This document shows, piece by piece, positions 24,784 through 36,399 of a stretch of 64,000 nucleotides of DNA. The notes beneath the pieces are model-generated. The model was not told the origin of the DNA. It searched no databases and saw only the letters and a program-made list of their open reading frames with translations. The DNA is from Octopus vulgaris (lineage: Eukaryota): positions 46,624,001 through 46,688,000 of the forward strand of contig OX597830.1 in assembly GCA_951406725.2 (NCBI GenBank), given 5' to 3'. Numbering within the stretch: position 1 is the first letter of the stretch; every line of letters starts with the position of its first letter. The position numbers were made by a program, and so were the translations under genes.

Positions 24784-25734
24784 GTTAGCTATTAGCAATG
24801 GAAGCAGTCTTTAGAACAAATATCAATTAGTAAATCCCACATAACTTGGATGGGTTGTGTAAACTACTGTAATTGTCCTTGGAAATGATCTTTTATAGAC
24901 GAATAATGCTAAAAAGCACAAAATAGTTGAAATCTCGTCAGAGCCACAATGCTTAACACTGACTAAACAGATTGATGTCGCAAAAAGCTGTCGAGCTGAA
25001 TATAAATGACCTGTCAGCAACAGCAGAAGCAGCTTTTGTAACGAATATAAATGTTTACATCCAATTTCATTCGACGAGATTTCGGCCTAGCTTTCGGTGT
25101 TTAGGTGTTTATTGCTGACGATGCGTGACCGAGGAAAACTTTCATAGGCCTTGAAGAACATTGTGCACTGAGACGAATTTATACTTGTGGCTCAACTGGT
25201 GACTCGCGAGCGCAGCTTTTGATAAACATACACGTCCGCAGATGTTGCAGGTCAAGCTTCCGCCATTCCCTACGCTAGCAATGCCTTTCTCAGCTGCTTA
25301 AATTCTGCTTTTAAAAACACCCACTCTTTGTTCCCTTTTCCTCCATTGGTGATTACGACAAGCGGTGCTTCCCCAATTGACCCCTCATATTTCACATGCT
25401 TTCTTAAATTGTAGTCTTGTTCTCTGCTGGAATCGCTTTCCACAAACAAGGTCACCTTATAGAATTGCTAAGGCATCCTCCGATCATTCATACGAACAAG
25501 GTGTGCAATCAAACGTAAACGCTACTTGTGCACCTTTGCTTCAATGCTCAGAACGTCGGTTCCCCCATGACCTCAGTGTCTGGAGTCGACAGGGACCAAC
25601 CAACATTTAGATTGTGTCTCAGACATCTCTGATGGAAGTGTTCAAGAGCCCTTACGGGATGCTTGTAAAGGGTCCATGTCTCACATGAGTAACGGAGTGA
25701 CGTCAGCACACACGCACGGTACACAGCAAATATT

Positions 25735-25949
25735 CTTTTCTACTCTAGGCACAAAGCCCGAAAGTTTTGGAGAGGGGGTCAATCGATTACATCGACCCCA
25801 GCACGCAACTGGTACTTAATTTATTGACCCCCGAAAGGATGAAAGGCAAAGTCGACCTCGGCGGAATTTGAACTCAGAACGTAAAGACAGACGAAATACC
25901 TCTAAGCATTTCGCCCGGCGTGCTAACGTTTCTGCCAGCTCGCCGCCTT
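25735..25949 (-). mobile_element. Full-length tRNA-derived SINE (family A, tail type B) with 16-bp TSD
   Basis: gtacacagcaaatatt at 25719-25734 and 25950-25965 flanks the element. Confidence 0.93.
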
Positions 25950-26444
25950 GTACACAGCAAATATTGTTCGCCTTATGATACCATGCTGGAACCAGATATG
26001 AGACTCAAGAACTCCGAAGGAATCAGTTGTCTTCTGATATTTCATCATCCAAGGAGCAAGAATGGTTGAGTCTGCTGCCCAGGTAGACAAACTTGTCTAC
26101 CATTTTCGGTACAGTTCCTTCAACTAAGACAAACGGTTTCATATACGTATTTCTTGGCGTAGACCGGAATTACAACAGTTTTATCCACGCTAACACAGTG
26201 TCCAAATGCCTTGCAAGATGAGAAATATGATCCATAAGAATTTGCATATCTTAGCTGTATGAATAATTAAAGTGCAATCATCCGTATAAAGGAAGTCACG
26301 AGTGAGAGATTGAAAGACTTTCGATTTGGCAGCAAATCGACGCAAGTTGAGGAGACGACTGGAAGATCAGTGCCTCTGATATATTCCAGAAGAGCAATCC
26401 GTGGCAAAAGCATGAGTGAGAGGAACAAAATGCGTAGCCGTATT

Positions 26445-26678
26445 GAAGGCGGCGAGCTGGCAGAATCGTTAGCACGCCGGGCGAAATGCGCAGCCGTATT
26501 TCGTCTGCCGCAACGTTCTGAGTTCAAATTCCGCCGAGGTCGACTTTGCCTTTCATCCTTTCGGGGTCGATAAATTAAGTACCAGTTACGCACTGGGGTC
26601 GATGTAATCGACTTAATCCGTGTGTCTGTCCTGGTTTGTCCTCTCTGTGTTTAGCCCCTTGTGGGTAGTAAAGAAATA
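26445..26678 (+). mobile_element. Full-length tRNA-derived SINE (family A, tail type A)
   Basis: ggcggcgagctggcagaatcgttagc (A-box-like), gagttcaaattcc (B-box-like), tail tgtgtttagccccttgtgggtagtaaagaaata. Confidence 0.92.
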
Positions 26679-27106
26679 AATATACAAGGAAACGAGAGTT
26701 GGGGCGAGGATGTCAGCTTGCTTGTTACCATTCTCTACAGGAATGGATCCCACCATGTTATCACCGACATAATTATATAAACAACACATAACGTGAGGGA
26801 ATTAAAATGCTAATCTTAGATAATCACATGTCGGCTAATCCGCGAGCTTAATGCGAACCTTCACATTAACTTTTAAACCAGCAGCAACTTTTTTCAGTTT
26901 ATTTACAAAATTCAACTTTTATTAAATTTTTTTTTTCCTTTTTCGGTCATTTTGTTCTCGCCATTGCTTCTCCCACCACACACACACACATACATCCAAA
27001 ACATATTTACACACTCATACATTCAGATACAAACACACACCCTTACAAATTCCTATAAACATGCACACATACATGAACAATAATAAACTTATACACAAAA
27101 ACCCAT

Positions 27107-27505
27107 ACTCTTTTACTCTTTTCAGTCATTTGACTGCGGCCATGCTGGAACACCGCCTTTAGTCGAGCAAATCGACCCCGGGACTTATTCTTTGTAAGCC
27201 CAGTACTTATTCTATCGGTCTCTTTTGCCGAACCGCTAAGTTACGGGGACGTAAACACACCAGCATCGGTTGTCAAGCAATGCTAGGGGGACAAACACAG
27301 ACACACAACCCCCACACATATATATATATATATACATATATACGACAGGCTTCTTTCAGTTTCCGTCTACCATATCCACTCACAAGGCATTGGTCGGCCC
27401 GGGGCTATAGCAGAAGACACTTGCCCAAGATGCCACGCAGTGGACTGAACCCGGAACCATGTGGTTGGTTAGCAAGCTACTTACCACACAGCCACTCCTG
27501 CGCCT
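27107..27505 (-). mobile_element. tRNA-derived SINE (family C, CORE-like central region)
   Basis: Minus strand aggcgcaggagtggctgtgtggtaag...ggttcagtcc...cttgggcaagtgtcttc; near-identical copy at 62735-63135. Confidence 0.9.
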
Positions 27506-28978
27506 ATGTAAATATTATTTTGTTTTTTCAAGCCGTTTCTCTCTCTCTCTCTCCTCTTTTCTTTCTCCATCTCTATTTCTCTTCTCTGTATTTCTCTTTC
27601 TCTTCTCTCTGTCTCTTCCTCTGCCTGCTTCCCCTTCTTTTTCATCAGTCTCTTCTCTTTTTCTCTTCTTTTATCCTTCTCTCTCAACCATTTCTCTGTC
27701 CTTCCACACATTACCCCGTCTCCAATCTATTCCCTGTCCTTTTCCGCATTCATCCACTCCGCCTTCTGCTACATTATATTCCTCTTTCTTCGTCTCCACC
27801 ATTTTTCTATGCTTCTCATTTATCTCTGTTATCCATGCTTTTTCTTCTATTCTCTCTCTCGTTCCTCAACAATCTCACTTACTTCACAAGTCTTTCTCTT
27901 CTAAAGTTCTTTCATTCGCTCTTCTGTTCAATATATCTTTATCTTCTCTTGTAACTCTTTCTTCTCTTCGATCCACTTTAAGCCTCGTCCTACCATCTTT
28001 CTCTTTCCTCGTCTCCCTCTCCCCCTCTCTCTTTCACACTGGGTCGTCTGCTTCTTTATGCTCTACAATTTCTTTCCTTCTTCCTTTACCGCTCTTTACA
28101 TCACCCCCAGCCTCTTACACGTCCGCATCTCCCCTCGTCTATTATGCATTTCTATTATTTCTGCACAAATCATTCATTCTATCACTATCATGTCCTTTTC
28201 TCAATTATGTCACCATCTCACGAACAGATTCGATGCTAAATGCATTTTATTTCTCAAGTTCAATTGATTTCAACAATACGAACAATGACGAAAAAATTTT
28301 CTTGATATGGCAGAAATAGTAAAAAAGATCCACATTAAAAACAACTGCATAAAAATATCGTTTTTGTCGACGAATAATTTTGGGTGTAATGGCTTTTATG
28401 TCAAGCATAATGGCTTTTGTGATGTTTCTGGCAAGAGGTAAGCACTCAGCGAACCAAAGCTAGGACACAAGTTTGGATCTTAGTCGAGTCATCTTAATTT
28501 TATTTACTCGTATAATACGAAATCTCGGTTAAAGTCAAATATACTGAGAAGGGATGAAATCCACAATGTTGACCAATATTTTGTGGGTGAAATATGCATG
28601 TATCTGACCCATACATTGTTCGCTTTTCAGACATTTTTACATTACTGCATGTACTTTATATGCACTTTCTGACAAGTTGTGGTGCACCTGAGCACTGTAT
28701 ACAATAATTTCATTATATTATATTTTAAAACTGTACGGAAGCCCGTCGTGTTGCTAATAACTAACGACCCTTACTGGGATCCACGGCTCAATATTAAAAG
28801 ATGATTAAACAATTATTGACTTCAGTATACGAAAAAAAAAAAAGACCAAATTTTCATAAAGCGTTAAAGAATATTTTCCTATACTTTCCTCATATATTTT
28901 GGTGAGTTCTTTAGAGGAGGAACCGAATACCTCATAGAGTCGAAACTACATTTCGGTTTCCTTTCTAGTTTCCTTTCT

Positions 28979-29356
28979 ATATCCTTAGCACAGCGTTGGA
29001 TGTATAAATAAATGAAGCGGAGGTTAATGTGTTCACACGACGTATTTCATGAGACAACCAAAACGTTCTCATTTATTATTATTATTATCCACAAGGGACT
29101 AACAAAGAGGGGATGATACAAGACATTACATGTGGGGCGGAAAAAAAAATCGAATGAGTAAATGTATGATTAATGAATGAAAAGATGAAATGATCGTCAC
29201 CCGTGCCCCACGACTCAGGCAACATAATTGAAGATTTTTAAAAGAAATAAATTATTAGAGATTTTCTTTGACACTTTGCTTGGTGTGAAGTACATCGTGT
29301 GAACACATTAACCTCCGCTTCATTTATTTATATAGCCAACGTTGTGTTAAGAATAT
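28979..29356. repeat. Inverted repeat (about 70-bp arms) enclosing a reversed LINE-like 3' tail
   Basis: 28979-29049 pairs with 29286-29356; 29070-29220 ends on the minus strand in cccctctttgttagtcccttgtggataataataat. Confidence 0.75.
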
Positions 29357-29362
29357 ATATAT

Positions 29363-29760
29363 GCAGAAACGTTAGCACGCCGGGCGAAATGCGTAGCCGT
29401 ATTTCGTCTGCCGCTACATTCTGAGTTCAAATTCCGCCGAGGTCGACTTTGCCTTTCATCCTTTCGGGGTCGATAAATTAAGTACCAGTTACACACTGGG
29501 GTCGATGTAATCGACTTAATCCGTTTGTCTGTCCTTGTTTGTCCCCTCTGTGTTTAGCTCCTTGTGGGTAGTAAAGAAATAGAAATAGGTATTTCGTCTG
29601 TCTTTACGTTCTGAGTTCAAATTCCGCCGAGGCCGACTTTGCCTTTCATCCTTTCGGGGGAGGGGGGTTCGATAAATTAAGTACCAGTTGCGTACTGGAG
29701 TCGGTCTAATTGACTGCCCCCTCCCCTAAGATTTCGGGCCTTGTGCCTAGAGTAGAAAAG
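29363..29760 (+). mobile_element. Composite of two family A SINE parts (tail A then tail B)
   Basis: First unit ends gtaaagaaatagaaata; second starts ggtatttcgtctg and ends gtgcctagagtagaaaag. Confidence 0.88.
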
Positions 29761-29789
29761 ATTTTTTTTTTTTTTTTTTACTTGTTTCA

Positions 29790-29829
<40 letters not shown>

Positions 29830-29831
<2 letters not shown>

Positions 29832-29992
29832 GGCCAATCAAACAAGTCCATTTCTTTTTAAAGGTGTAGCGTTTGTAAGAGTATAGATTGAATTAATATA
29901 TATGTTCCATTCTAGCAAAAACTGTCTGATGAACGGCAACGAGAAACTCAGAGTAACAGATTTTGTTGAATTTTCTGCTGCTTAAAATAAAG

Positions 29993-29993
<1 letters not shown>
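29830..29993 (+). mobile_element. Single-arm copy of family H1 in (TA)n
   Basis: tctagcaaaaactgt...ctgctgcttaaaataaag matches the arms of the copies at 18150 and 55170. Confidence 0.8.
29922..29959 (+). ncRNA. Minimal type I hammerhead ribozyme motif
   Basis: CTGT-CTGATGA-ACG-GCAA-CGA-GAAA-CTC-A-GAG-TA-ACAG: stem I CTGT/ACAG, canonical core, GNRA-capped stem II with an A.A mismatch at its base, GUA triplet. Confidence 0.7.
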
Positions 29994-30023
<30 letters not shown>

Positions 30024-30164
30024 TTATGTAGAAAAATACAAACTGGGACAAGAACGTAAAACATTTAGAAGACGATACAAAAAACACGGACAAAAAAATT
30101 CGAAGCCTTCAATCTTCAGTCAAGAACCGGATCATCGTAGCAATTTCGGCTGATTAATCTTATA

Positions 30165-31480
30165 TGCTTAGTGTTTTTTGCTTTTCTTTTTTTTGGTTCT
30201 TTCCGTTTGTTTCTGTTAAATGTTCATGTGTGTTCTTGTTTGTAAAGTCTTGTAATGTTTGGCTTTTTTCTTGTTTGTGGGAGAGGAAGAACGAGTAATT
30301 TTCTTTTTTCTCTTCCTCCCCCCACCACCATTCACCGTCAACGGTGCTACTTCTTCCGTCGTGACTCTCTCTCCTCCCACCGTCTCCTCCTCCTACTGCT
30401 TCTCCTTCGGCCCCTTATTCGTTGAAGTAGACGGTATGTGTCTATCTCTGTCTCCACCATCACCTCCTCCTGCTTCTCCTCCTCTTCCGTTCTCTGCTGT
30501 TGCACACTGGCTTCCGTCTGGCTTTCTCTCTGTGTTTCAGGTTGTAGGCCCTGGGGACACGTTTTTCTTATGTGTCCCTTTTTTCCCACACCCAAAGCAC
30601 TTTGCTACTCTGCCCTGAACAGCGACTTTCACTCTTGTATCACCTGGAATGATGACGAACTCCGGTATGCTATCAATACCTGTTGGTGTGGCCTGGATTG
30701 TTGCTCTCACGCCCCTGCCGCACCTGTTCTGGGTTCTGTTTTCTTCCAACTCCAACAGTGTCACCTCTTCTTTTATGTTGGCGAACGCCGCCGCCACTAG
30801 CCACATTGGTTCGATTTCCGGGTCGAACCCGTTTATCATCATTTTGCCGAGGTATGACGGCTGAGCTAATCCGCTTGCCTGCAGGGTGGTCGCCGAGTCC
30901 ATCTTGGCATCGCTCTCAGCCACAAACTGTGCCTCCACCGCTCCAAACTTTCTTCCGCGCTTAACGTTTATACATAATTTATACATAATGCCTTTTCAAT
31001 GCCCTCTATTGACGCTTTCTCTATTTTTCTGGTCTTCAAAGATAGAGTCCTATAAACAATTGTTCTTCTCTTAATTCTTTCCATCACCTCCTTGGGGTAG
31101 TTAGCCTCACGTTGTCTCCCCCCTCCTGAAGGAATGACTGGAGTTTCTTGACTGCCTCATCCTTCTCCGTGCAGCTGTCGCATAATCACCCGCACTCTCT
31201 TCGGAATCACTTGTGTAGTTCGCTTTATCCTCGCTCTCCCAGAGTTCGTAAAATGTGTCGTCATCCATTTTGTGTAGGACACCCTTCACAAAACGTAAAC
31301 GCTTTTTAAGGCGATTGTGATGTAAATTGTGGTCATCCGGCGACTTTTTCTTGCAAGTCGAGCAATTACGTCGAAGCTCCTCGTTGCTTCATTCCTTCAT
31401 TTATATTCGGATAAGATATTGGAAACTCCAATTGTCTCGATTAGTGGGTCCCAGCTTTTAATATCGGGGCCAGATCCCAA
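30165..31480 (-). mobile_element. L1/Tx1-like LINE 5' region, ORF1 remnant with CCHC zinc knuckle
   Basis: ORFs 30537-30986 and 30347-30595 join across a frameshift to give QGRVAKCFGCGKKGHIRKTCP (CX2CX4HX4C) followed by an acidic/basic tail. Confidence 0.75.
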
Positions 31481-32520
31481 ACCTGGAGTTTTTTAGGGGT
31501 GGGGGCGCAACCTCCGAAAGTAAAAAACAAATCAATTAAAGAAAATTTATCATATCTATGGAGGGAAAACCGTCAGGGCCGCCGAAAAATGCTTAAAGGC
31601 CGCATGCGGCCACGGGGGCCGCGGTCGAGCAGCGTTGGTCCAGATCAAACCTGTAGCGTATTCGGAATTGTGAAATTACGATTGGTTAACATTGGCTATG
31701 CAGAAGTTGTGTTTCTTTGAGTAGAACTTTTTAAATCATTGGAAAACGTAGTGAATGGCATTACTTAAAACAGAAAAATTATCATTTAGGAAAACAAAGA
31801 GGAAATAGAATTGAAAATATTTTGATCCCCCCCCCCCACCACTTTGTCTTTGTTAGATTCAAATTTTCAATTATTCGCATGAGTTAGTCAAAATGAAAGA
31901 ACACGGTTTTTAACGAAGAATATCTCTGCAGCCGTAACTGAAATAATTTTTCACGCCTCGTTGAATTCTGAAGAATTTTTGAGGAGAAGCGACTGACATA
32001 TCGATAACGTGATTTTCTGCAATACACACGCTTCAACAACAATTCTACACTTACCTATCATGTTTTTATTTATGTGCGTACACACAATTACAAGCATGCC
32101 AACACACATGGACATAAAATTAAGATATATATATATATATACATGATTTTTGTGAATGTGTATGCGTGCGCGCGTGTACATGCGAGCGCGCGCGTTTTAG
32201 TAGTTGTATAAAGCATTAGTTTCACGCTGACAAAATATATTAAAACTGAGCAGAGCGGAGATTAATGTACTTCATCTGCATTTTCTGTAAACACGAATAC
32301 AAACGCGTAAAAGAGCCTCACAGCGTCTAGTAGAGCTTTGTTGTTTGTGCAAAGACGATGATTCAGTCTTTTATTATTCGGAATATGAACGACCGTTCAA
32401 AGCTCTCAGGTCACGAATGCTGAAAAACCACAATGGCGAATAGATATTTTGGTAGAAAGATAGACTTTATTAGTAAGCGTATATGCACTGTTAGGTGCAA
32501 GGGGAACTTCACCGTAATAG

Positions 32521-33068
32521 GGAGACGAGCTGGCGGAATCGTTAGCCTGCCGGGCGAAATGCTTAGCGGTATTACGTCTGCCGCTACGTTCTGAGTTCAA
32601 ATTCCACCGAGGTCGACTTTGCCTTTCATCCTTTCGGGGTCGATAAATTAAGTACCAGTTACGAACTGGGGGTCGATGTAATCGACTTAATACCTATGTC
32701 TGTCCTTGTTTGTTCCCTCTGTGTTTAGCCCCTTGTGGGTAGTAAAGAAATAGGTATTTCGTCTGCCGCTACGTTCTGAGTTCAAATTCCGCCGAGGTCG
32801 ACTTTGCCTTTCGTCCTTTAAATATAAGGTTGTCCCAAAAGTTCGTAGAAAGTCTTGGAAAATAATGGTCTTTATTTTGAGGAATAATTTTTGTTGTTTT
32901 TGTTAGTACTTGGCGAGTAAAAATTCAATTTTCGCAAGTGTTTACGAACTTTTGGGACAACCTAATAAATACCAGTTATGCACTGGGGTCGATGTTATCG
33001 CTTTAATCCCGTTGTTTGTCCTTATCTGTCCCCTCTATGTTTAGCACCCTGTGGGCAATAAAGAAATA
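32521..33068 (+). mobile_element. Composite of two family A SINE parts; second interrupted by a MITE
   Basis: Junction gtaaagaaata|ggtatttcgtctg at about 32752; the second unit resumes at 32968. Confidence 0.88.
32825..32965. mobile_element. Tc1/mariner-type MITE
   Basis: TIRs taaggttgtcccaaaagttcgta / tacgaacttttgggacaacctaa; TA on both sides. Confidence 0.88.
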
Positions 33069-33279
33069 AATATATATAAGATATGAACATGAAGAAAATA
33101 TACTGTAGATGGGAGTGAAAAAGCGAAGCGTATAAGACTTTGTCGAAAATAGCAAGTAATAAAAAGAATTTAATAGAAGTCGCCCCCAAAATTCAAGAAT
33201 TAAAGACTATAGATCAAAAATAAATAAGTAAATACACACATTTACGCATAGACAAATATGTACACCTACGCATAAGACA

Positions 33280-33415
<136 letters not shown>

Positions 33416-33698
33416 TACAGTCTACAGATCCATTATAGATAGGAACAACAAAAATGTAGTCCGTCCAGTGAGAGATAAATATCATTTAATAAACACAATC
33501 ACCAATGCGCTACTGATAGTTTCACGCTTTAAAGTATATTGAAATGGCAGAATTTTTCAGATTCAATTCATAACGCTAGATGTATTTAAAAACTAGGACA
33601 CTGGTTTGTGAGAAAACATGAGAATAAAACGAGACCCCCATCCACAACAAAAAAAAAGAAGAAAAAACGTTCTCGTTCACTATAGAAACCATAATCAA

Positions 33699-33757
<59 letters not shown>

Positions 33758-33762
<5 letters not shown>

Positions 33763-34045
33763 AATGGTTAGAGCAGCGGACTCGCGGTCGTAGGATCGCG
33801 GTTTCGATTCCCAGGCCGGGCGTTGTGAGTGTTTATTGAGCGAAAACACCTAAAAGCTCCACGATGCTCCGGCAGGGGGTGGTGATCCCTGCTGTACTCT
33901 TTCACCTCTCTTTCTCTCACTCTTCTGTTGGCCTGGTCGCTTAGCCAGCGGGGTGGCGTCATTCGAAGGCTAAAACAATGCGAACGCATTGTGACCAGCG
34001 ATGTGTAAAACATCTGATGGTCTGATCGGTCATGTGATCACGTGA
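33758..34045 (+). mobile_element. tRNA-derived SINE (family D) inserted in (TA)n
   Basis: gcgcaatggttagagcagcggactcgcggtcgtaggatcgcggtttcgattccc tRNA-like head followed by a non-tRNA body. Confidence 0.8.
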
Positions 34046-34057
34046 TATATATATATA

Positions 34058-34471
34058 GTCAAACCAAACATGAACAAGCAAGAAAAACAACAACGCGAGG
34101 ACGTGTTATTGGACGCTCAGGAAAGAAAAGAAAAGAAAGAGGATTTCACGTTTCGAGCGAAGCTCTTCATCAGAAATATAGAAAAAGTCCAAAGAAAGGA
34201 AGACGGAGAAAGAAAATTGCCAACGATACACACGCGGTCACATTACATAGTTGGAATTTACTAAAAAACAACAACAAAACAACAAACAAAACTAAACAAA
34301 AGACGAAGGCAGGTATGTAAACAACAAACAGATGTATTAGTTTAATGCTCGGGAAGTGAGAAAGTCTTTTACGTTTCGAGCCTACGCTCTTCAACAGAAA
34401 GGAACATAGAAATAAACAGGGAGAGAAAATAAGAAAAAAGGTTTAGTGGTTAGCGACGATCAGTCATGGCG
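34058..34471 (-). mobile_element. Two adjacent short PLE-type repeats, each with a hammerhead-like motif
   Basis: Minus 34177->34143 ATTT-CTGATGA-A-GAGC-TTC-GCTC-GAAA-CG-TG-AAAT; minus 34400->34367 TTT-CTGTTGA-A-GAGC-GTAG-GCTC-GAAA-CG-TA-AAA; second family recurs at 52005-52191. Confidence 0.6.
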
Positions 34472-34552
34472 AATCATACATACATACATGTGTGTATGAT
34501 GTTTGTGGCGTGATTTTGCAAATATTTTTCAACGGACACATTCTTCATGGAA

Positions 34553-35160
34553 CTATGATGTGGTAACAAGTTTACTTTCTAACCACATGGTTCCGGGTTC
34601 AGTCCCACTGCGTGGCACCTTGGGCAAGTGTCTTCTACTCTAGCCTCGGGCCGACCAAAGCCTTGTGAGTGAATTTGGTAGATGGAAACTGAAATAAGCC
34701 CATTATATATATATTAAAAAAAAAAAAAAATATATATATATATAGGGAAATGTACTTGCATAGCAAGTGACCTGACCTGAGATTGTGTGGTGCTGGAACG
34801 AAACCAATTGCAGTGTGGAGGGTGTTTATAAGCCATTTAAAAACACACAAAAACCGTTTGATTCACTTCAGCATTTAAATTTAATTTGCCAAAATATTTT
34901 CGTCGCTTTGAGACCGCGACCTGTGTGTGTGTATGTGTGTGTGTTTGTGTATGTGTGTGTGTTTGTCCCTCACCACCGTTTGACAGCCAGTGTTTGTGTG
35001 TTTACATACCCGAAATTAGCGGTTCGGCTATAGGGACCGATAGAATAAGAACTAATCTTTTAAAAAATAAATAGTGGGGTTGAGGGGTTGACTTATTCGA
35101 TTAAAAATTCGTCAAGGTGGTGTTCCAGCATGGCCGCAGTCTAGTGAGTAAAACAAGAAA
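34553..35160 (+). mobile_element. SINE family C copy with an extra internal segment
   Basis: ggttccgggttcagtcccactgcgtggcaccttgggcaagtgtcttc...ccagcatggccgcagtc. Confidence 0.8.
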
Positions 35161-35390
35161 AAAAAAAAAAGGAAAAGTGAGAACAACATTGATGTTTGCC
35201 ATGGTTTGCTATTCAAATAAATTGGTCGACGTCTTGCGGCAATTAGAAACGTACTTTACAATGCAAATAAACACGAAAATTTATATATTGACTGAGAGGC
35301 GGCAATGTTTAGATCAGAAAAACGCGCAAATATATGTATTCGTATCTACGCTAACTTTGAAATGTGAACATTCAAATAAGTTAATTGAAA

Positions 35391-35791
35391 TCTTTATATA
35401 TAAAAGTGAAATTGTGTGAGTGTCTGTCTCCTACGATTTAGATTCCTAACTACTCCCACATTTTGCGGTGCAGTTTAACCAAAATCGGGTATCTTATAGT
35501 CGTGATTAATATCGAGCCCTTCTGGGTATTAGCGCGCGTCTACGATGAGTCTACGATTTTAAAAATAATTTACCATCATTCTTTTCCATTTTAATGCATT
35601 TTTTCGCTATTATATAAGGGAAGTAACTCTCTAAAAATGTCTACGATGAGTCAACGATTTAAAAAAAAAATTACCATCATTTTTTCCCATTTTTAATGCA
35701 TTTTTTTGCTATTTTTTGATAATAACTCTCTAAAAATGCTTATATAGTTATTTCCCTTACAAACCCGAGCAACGCCGGGCGATACTGCTAG
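35391..35791 (+). mobile_element. Non-autonomous Helitron
   Basis: A|TC 5' end; subterminal hairpin cccgagcaacgccggg; CTAG|T 3' end; no TSD; internal tandem duplication of about 100 bp. Confidence 0.85.
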
Positions 35792-36353
35792 TAACGTATA
35801 AAACAGACTTGTTTTAATTTTGCTTTTAGTATTTGACCTGATTTTATTCATTTTTATTCATTACCTAGACATGGCGAAACTTTTTGACGTTACTCTGTGA
35901 AATAATTGCAGAATCATCGTTCTTAATACAAAAGAAATTTAGATTTCCCCCATATTGTAATTATGACGTCAACGTCCAGAGATCTGGTTTAAAAAAATGT
36001 TAATCTCTTTCAACCTTTTATGGTGATAAGGGGCTAGGATATATGTGGGACAGGGGTCTTACTCAGATATCCGAGGATTAGTGTGAAGTTAGTGTCATCT
36101 TCAACTTATTTCTGATGTTTGTGGGCTCGTTTTATGCATCCTTGAGTTCTTAAACACACTCTGCAACAGATCGGTTGGTTCCATAACATAGGTGCAAGGT
36201 GTGGTAGTGTTACTTGACTGAGGAGGCTCTCAACCATGCTCTTTCAGTGACTTAAACCAGGAACTGTTACTTAATTTTGGAGAGATTCACACAGAATATT
36301 TTGCTTTACACAATTGCATGACCATAAAGAACACGTGACATTAAATAATAATG

Positions 36354-36399
<46 letters not shown>

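Larger units (their letters stand above)
25150..26770 (-). pseudogene. Decayed RTE (BovB-like) LINE reverse transcriptase, interrupted by two SINEs
   Basis: Minus-strand peptides in order: ENGNKQADILAPTLVSLY, MVDKFVYLGSRL..SLDDEI, ETWTLYKHPVRALEHFHQRCLRH, terminal CNICGRVCLSKAALASH; many stops and frameshifts. Confidence 0.85.

Noticed and set aside
27280-28319. ORFs of 224 and 286 aa
   Set aside because: They start in a SINE and run through CT-rich low-complexity DNA that lacks stops by composition.
30030-30160. Additional hammerhead in the short repeat after (TA)n
   Set aside because: Only the cagccGAAA half is present on the minus strand; the upstream core is truncated.
31572-31642. GC-rich patch as a CpG-island promoter
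   Set aside because: Only about 70 bp and resembles a hAT/MITE subterminal fragment (ggccgcatgcggcc); too little to call.
33758-33825. Functional tRNA gene
   Set aside because: No complete acceptor stem; runs into a non-tRNA body, so treated as a SINE head.
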